Below, one piece after another: positions 36,904-39,516 of a stretch of DNA of 39,516 bases. Origin of the DNA: an uncultured Gammaproteobacteria bacterium (lineage in GTDB: Bacteria; Pseudomonadota; Gammaproteobacteria; Steroidobacterales; JABDMI01); assembly GCA_938039225.1 (NCBI GenBank), contig CALHVH010000003.1, positions 1 through 39,516 on the forward strand. The letters are read 5' to 3'. The position numbers and the translations under genes were made by a program. A model generated the notes under the pieces. The model saw only the letters and a program-made list of their open reading frames with translations. It did no database searches and was not told the origin of the DNA. Positions within the stretch are counted from its first letter, which is position 1. Every line of letters starts with the position of its first letter.

Positions 36904-37446
36904 ATGCATTGCCCAACTTGTAACAATCAAGCGCTTTCACCCACAAAACTAGAACATGGATTACCTGCAATGAGTTGTACACAATGTGATGGAATTTTAT
37001 TGAGTATTCTGTCATATAGGGAGTGGTTAGAGGGTGAGCCAAAATTTATTCGTAATACAAAATCAAATGCCGCGATTGAAAGTGACAATACTAAACAAGC
37101 CATTGCATGCACAAAATGTAAAAAGTTAATGACTAAGTACAAAGTAGCGTCAAATTTGGATAATCAAATTGACTTATGCTTGGATTGTGCGGATGTGTGG
37201 TTTGATAATGGTGAGTGGGAGCTTCTTGGTCAATTGGGTTTAAAGGATCATTTCACAACGGTGTTTAATACTCCTTGGCAGGTCAAAATTCGCGAAGAAA
37301 AATTTCAACAGCAGTATTTGCAAGATTTACAACAAGAACTAGGTGAACAAGATTTCTCTACAGCTCAAGAGTTTAAAAAATGGTTAAACCAGCACGAACA
37401 TAAAGAAGAGATTTTACATTTCCTTAAAAGAGAGTTGCTTGCGTGA
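36904..37446 (+). CDS. Double zinc-ribbon (zf-TFIIB-like) protein
   Basis: CPTCNN...CTQCDG and CTKCKKLM...CLDCADVWFDNGEWELL match the bacterial zinc-ribbon domain pattern C..C...C..C.GvWfD.gE. Acidic/Gln-rich helical tail. Confidence 0.65.
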   Translation: MHCPTCNNQALSPTKLEHGLPAMSCTQCDGILLSILSYREWLEGEPKFIRNTKSNAAIESDNTKQAIACTKCKKLMTKYKVASNLDNQIDLCLDCADVWFDNGEWELLGQLGLKDHFTTVFNTPWQVKIREEKFQQQYLQDLQQELGEQDFSTAQEFKKWLNQHEHKEEILHFLKRELLA

Positions 37447-38303
37447 AATTATCAGCACCCAGTTTCAAAGAATGGCAGGCACAAGGTCAGTATGCTGAGG
37501 TAAATGGGCAGCGTATCTTTTATATTGATACCAAGGAAGATAAACCCATATTATGTATCTCACATGGTTATCCAACATGCATTTACGATTATTGGAAAGC
37601 TTTACCTATACTTAAACACAAATACCGAGTGATTATGCATGATCATTTGGGTTTTGGTTTGTCAGATAAGCCTACTGACTATGCTTATCAACTAATTGAC
37701 CAAGCTGATGTAGCGCTTAAATTGTGGAAGCAGTTAGGTGTGCAATCCATGCATGTATTAGGACATGATTACGGTAGCAGCGTCGTGACTGAAATAATCC
37801 ATCGGTATAATCATAAGACCATAGATATTGATATAGAGAAAGTAACCTTATGCAACGGTTCAATGCATATAGAACTTTCGAAATTACGACCCATCCAAAA
37901 ATTATTAAAAAACCGTATTACTGGGCCCCTAGTAGCAAGATTGGCAAGTAAAACAACGCTTACACGAAATTTTAAACGTATCTATTCTGATGCCAGCAAA
38001 GTTGATTCAGGTGAGGTGGATGTTATCTGGGAAATGATGTTGCACAATAATGGTCGAAAAATCTTATCAAAGCTTACCCGTTACATTGAACAACGTTATA
38101 CTTACTGGGATAGGTGGATTGGTGCCTTAAAAGAAACCAATTTGCCGATACATATCCTATGGGCTGAAGATGATCCGGTTGCCGTGGTTGAAATGGCGCA
38201 TGTGATAGAGGCCGAAACTAAAAATAGTAAAAAAACTATTATTCCAAATCTTGGACATTTTCCAATGCTTGAAAATGCCGAAAGATGGTCACAACTAGTA
38301 TGA
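37443..38303 (+). CDS. Alpha/beta hydrolase, epoxide-hydrolase/haloalkane-dehalogenase-like (Asp nucleophile)
   Basis: The GTG start overlaps the upstream stop (GTGA). HGYPT oxyanion motif, GHDYGS nucleophile elbow with Asp, and C-terminal NLGHFPMLE catalytic His. Confidence 0.7.
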   Translation: MKLSAPSFKEWQAQGQYAEVNGQRIFYIDTKEDKPILCISHGYPTCIYDYWKALPILKHKYRVIMHDHLGFGLSDKPTDYAYQLIDQADVALKLWKQLGVQSMHVLGHDYGSSVVTEIIHRYNHKTIDIDIEKVTLCNGSMHIELSKLRPIQKLLKNRITGPLVARLASKTTLTRNFKRIYSDASKVDSGEVDVIWEMMLHNNGRKILSKLTRYIEQRYTYWDRWIGALKETNLPIHILWAEDDPVAVVEMAHVIEAETKNSKKTIIPNLGHFPMLENAERWSQLV

Positions 38304-38326
38304 AAAATGAAATTATGAAGGTTTTT

Positions 38327-38671
38327 ATGTTTAAAAAAATAATTCCAATTTTGCTTTTAGTCTTATTATTTGCTTGCGAAACCACTGATGATAGGATGCA
38401 GATAATTCCAGCGGTTATTCTAAAAAAAGTCCCAGCAGTCTATCCGCCTGATGCTTATGCACAAAATATAGAAGGTTGGGTTTGGGTACGTTATACCATC
38501 ACTGAAAATGGCGATGTGATAAATGCCGAAGTAACCCAAAGTAATTCAGAAGTATTATTCGGACCATCAGCAATCGCAGCGATTCAACAATTTAAGTATC
38601 GTCCCAGAATAGTCAATGGGCAAGCCACTTCTATCAATGGAGTGACTTACCGTTTTGACTTTACCAAGTAA
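38327..38671 (+). CDS. TonB C-terminal-domain lipoprotein
   Basis: MFKKIIPILLLVLLFAC lipobox. PAVYPPDAYAQNIEGWVWVRYTITENGDVINAEVTQSN...AAIQQFKYRPRIVNGQ is a TonB_C fold signature. The start at 38327 was chosen for GAAGG 5 nt upstream; the ORF track opens at 38285, with further ATGs at 38300 and 38315. Confidence 0.7.
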   Translation: MFKKIIPILLLVLLFACETTDDRMQIIPAVILKKVPAVYPPDAYAQNIEGWVWVRYTITENGDVINAEVTQSNSEVLFGPSAIAAIQQFKYRPRIVNGQATSINGVTYRFDFTK

Positions 38672-38698
38672 TTAACGAAATCTTTCTCGGAGTAGAAA

Positions 38699-39516
38699 AT
38701 GATAAAAGCCTATGCAGCCCATAAGCCTGGCGGAAAATTAGAACCATTTGAATATGACCCAGGGGCACTTGCCGATGATCATGTTGAAATTGATATTGAA
38801 TATTGCGGAATATGCCACAGCGATTTAAGTGTATTAAATAACGAGTGGGGTTTTACTCAATACCCATTAGTGCCTGGTCATGAAGTAGTTGGTACGGTTT
38901 CTTCCATTGGTAGAAATGTAAAAAATCTAGTAATTGGGCAACGCGTTGGCGCTGGTTGGCATGCCGGTTACTGTATGACTTGTGATAAATGCATGAATGG
39001 GGAACATAATCTTTGTAGTAAGGCGCAAGGAATAATTGTCAGACGTCACGGCGGATTTGCCGATAAAGTTCGCGTGCACTCGGCCAGTGCTATTCCTTTA
39101 CCTGAAGGTATGGACGCAGCCAGTGCTGGACCTTTATTTTGTGGCGGGATCACTGTATTCACACCAATTTTTGAATCAGGCTTAAAACCAACTGCAAAAG
39201 TAGGTGTGATTGGTATTGGCGGTTTGGGTCATATGGCTCTAGGCTTTTTAAATAAATGGGGCTGTGAAGTAACGGCTTTTACTTCCAGCCAAGATAAGAT
39301 GCAAGAAGCATTAGAACTTGGAGCGCATCATACAGTTAATTCACGTGATCCAGAAGCGCTTGAGGCAGTGTCGGGTAAGTTTGATTTAATTATTTCTACT
39401 GTAAATGTAAAGCTTGATTGGAATGCCTATTTGCAAACCTTAAGTCAACGCGGCCGTTTGCATTTAGTGGGTGCGGTTTTAGAGCCTTTAGACATCAGTG
39501 TGTTTAATTTGATGGG
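38699..39516 (+). CDS. Zn-dependent NAD(P)-dependent alcohol dehydrogenase (YahK/cinnamyl-ADH-like), 3' end truncated by window edge
   Basis: Manual translation from ATG 38699 gives MIKAYAAHKPGGKLEPFEYDPGALADDHVEIDIEYCGICHSDLSVLNNEWGFTQYPLVPGHEVVGTV...GIGGLGHMA. It has the catalytic Zn motif GHE, a structural Zn Cys cluster (C..C..C) and a Rossmann GxGGxG. It is open to the window end. Confidence 0.85.
   Translation, partial: MIKAYAAHKPGGKLEPFEYDPGALADDHVEIDIEYCGICHSDLSVLNNEWGFTQYPLVPGHEVVGTVSSIGRNVKNLVIGQRVGAGWHAGYCMTCDKCMNGEHNLCSKAQGIIVRRHGGFADKVRVHSASAIPLPEGMDAASAGPLFCGGITVFTPIFESGLKPTAKVGVIGIGGLGHMALGFLNKWGCEVTAFTSSQDKMQEALELGAHHTVNSRDPEALEAVSGKFDLIISTVNVKLDWNAYLQTLSQRGRLHLVGAVLEPLDISVFNLM

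Noticed and set aside
1-39516. Scan for mobile elements, CRISPR arrays, tRNA/rRNA genes, prophage or known defence-system genes
   Set aside because: No transposase, integrase or recombinase-like ORFs were seen. There are no regularly spaced direct repeats and no cloverleaf-like intergenic sequences. Intergenic spacers are short (mostly under 200 bp). Nothing supports such features.

Overview
This is an AT-rich, gammaproteobacterial-type chromosomal segment with about 40 densely packed protein genes on both strands. I saw no rRNA, tRNA, CRISPR array, transposase, integrase or phage genes. All calls come from reading the supplied translations and the DNA by eye; no searches were run.

Left and middle (1-25.6 kb), mostly recognisable:
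- a partial roxA/ycfD-like ribosomal oxygenase, found by manual translation at the left edge
- an atypical sigma-54-type enhancer-binding protein and a GIY-YIG protein
- a 3-gene membrane Ser/Thr-kinase operon
- a PQQ-type sugar dehydrogenase
- the conserved mltF - DUF1820 - purL arrangement
- an MBL-fold hydrolase, an M16 peptidase and the ABC-F ATPase ybiT
- a tight cluster of LOV-like/degenerate-GGDEF, HIT-like, PaiB and GNAT genes
- hutI divergent from hutF-hutG

Right part (25.6-38.7 kb) holds poorly characterised genes: a YiiX-type hydrolase with a large N-terminal extension, a TPR protein, a lyase-like lipoprotein, small Zn-ribbon and Trp-rich proteins, a secreted alpha/beta hydrolase, a JmjC-like oxygenase, an MmyB-like regulator, DUF4240, a UDG-family protein and others. 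The window ends in a partial Zn-dependent alcohol dehydrogenase.

Observations most worth follow-up:
1. A receptor-type Hanks kinase is translationally coupled to a LysM-FecR-FN3 tail-anchored protein and an FN3 paralog. The two share an unusually conserved C-terminal anchor.
2. The enhancer-binding protein has GAFPGA instead of GAFTGA, Walker B DK instead of DE, and a pseudo-receiver domain.
3. purL is interrupted by an in-frame TAG exactly at the synthetase/glutaminase domain boundary.
4. A LOV-type PAS domain lacks the photoactive Cys (NPRFLQ). It is fused to a GGDEF domain with a dead active site but an intact RxxD I-site.

I cannot show that any of these is a truly undescribed system. The kinase module is my best candidate.
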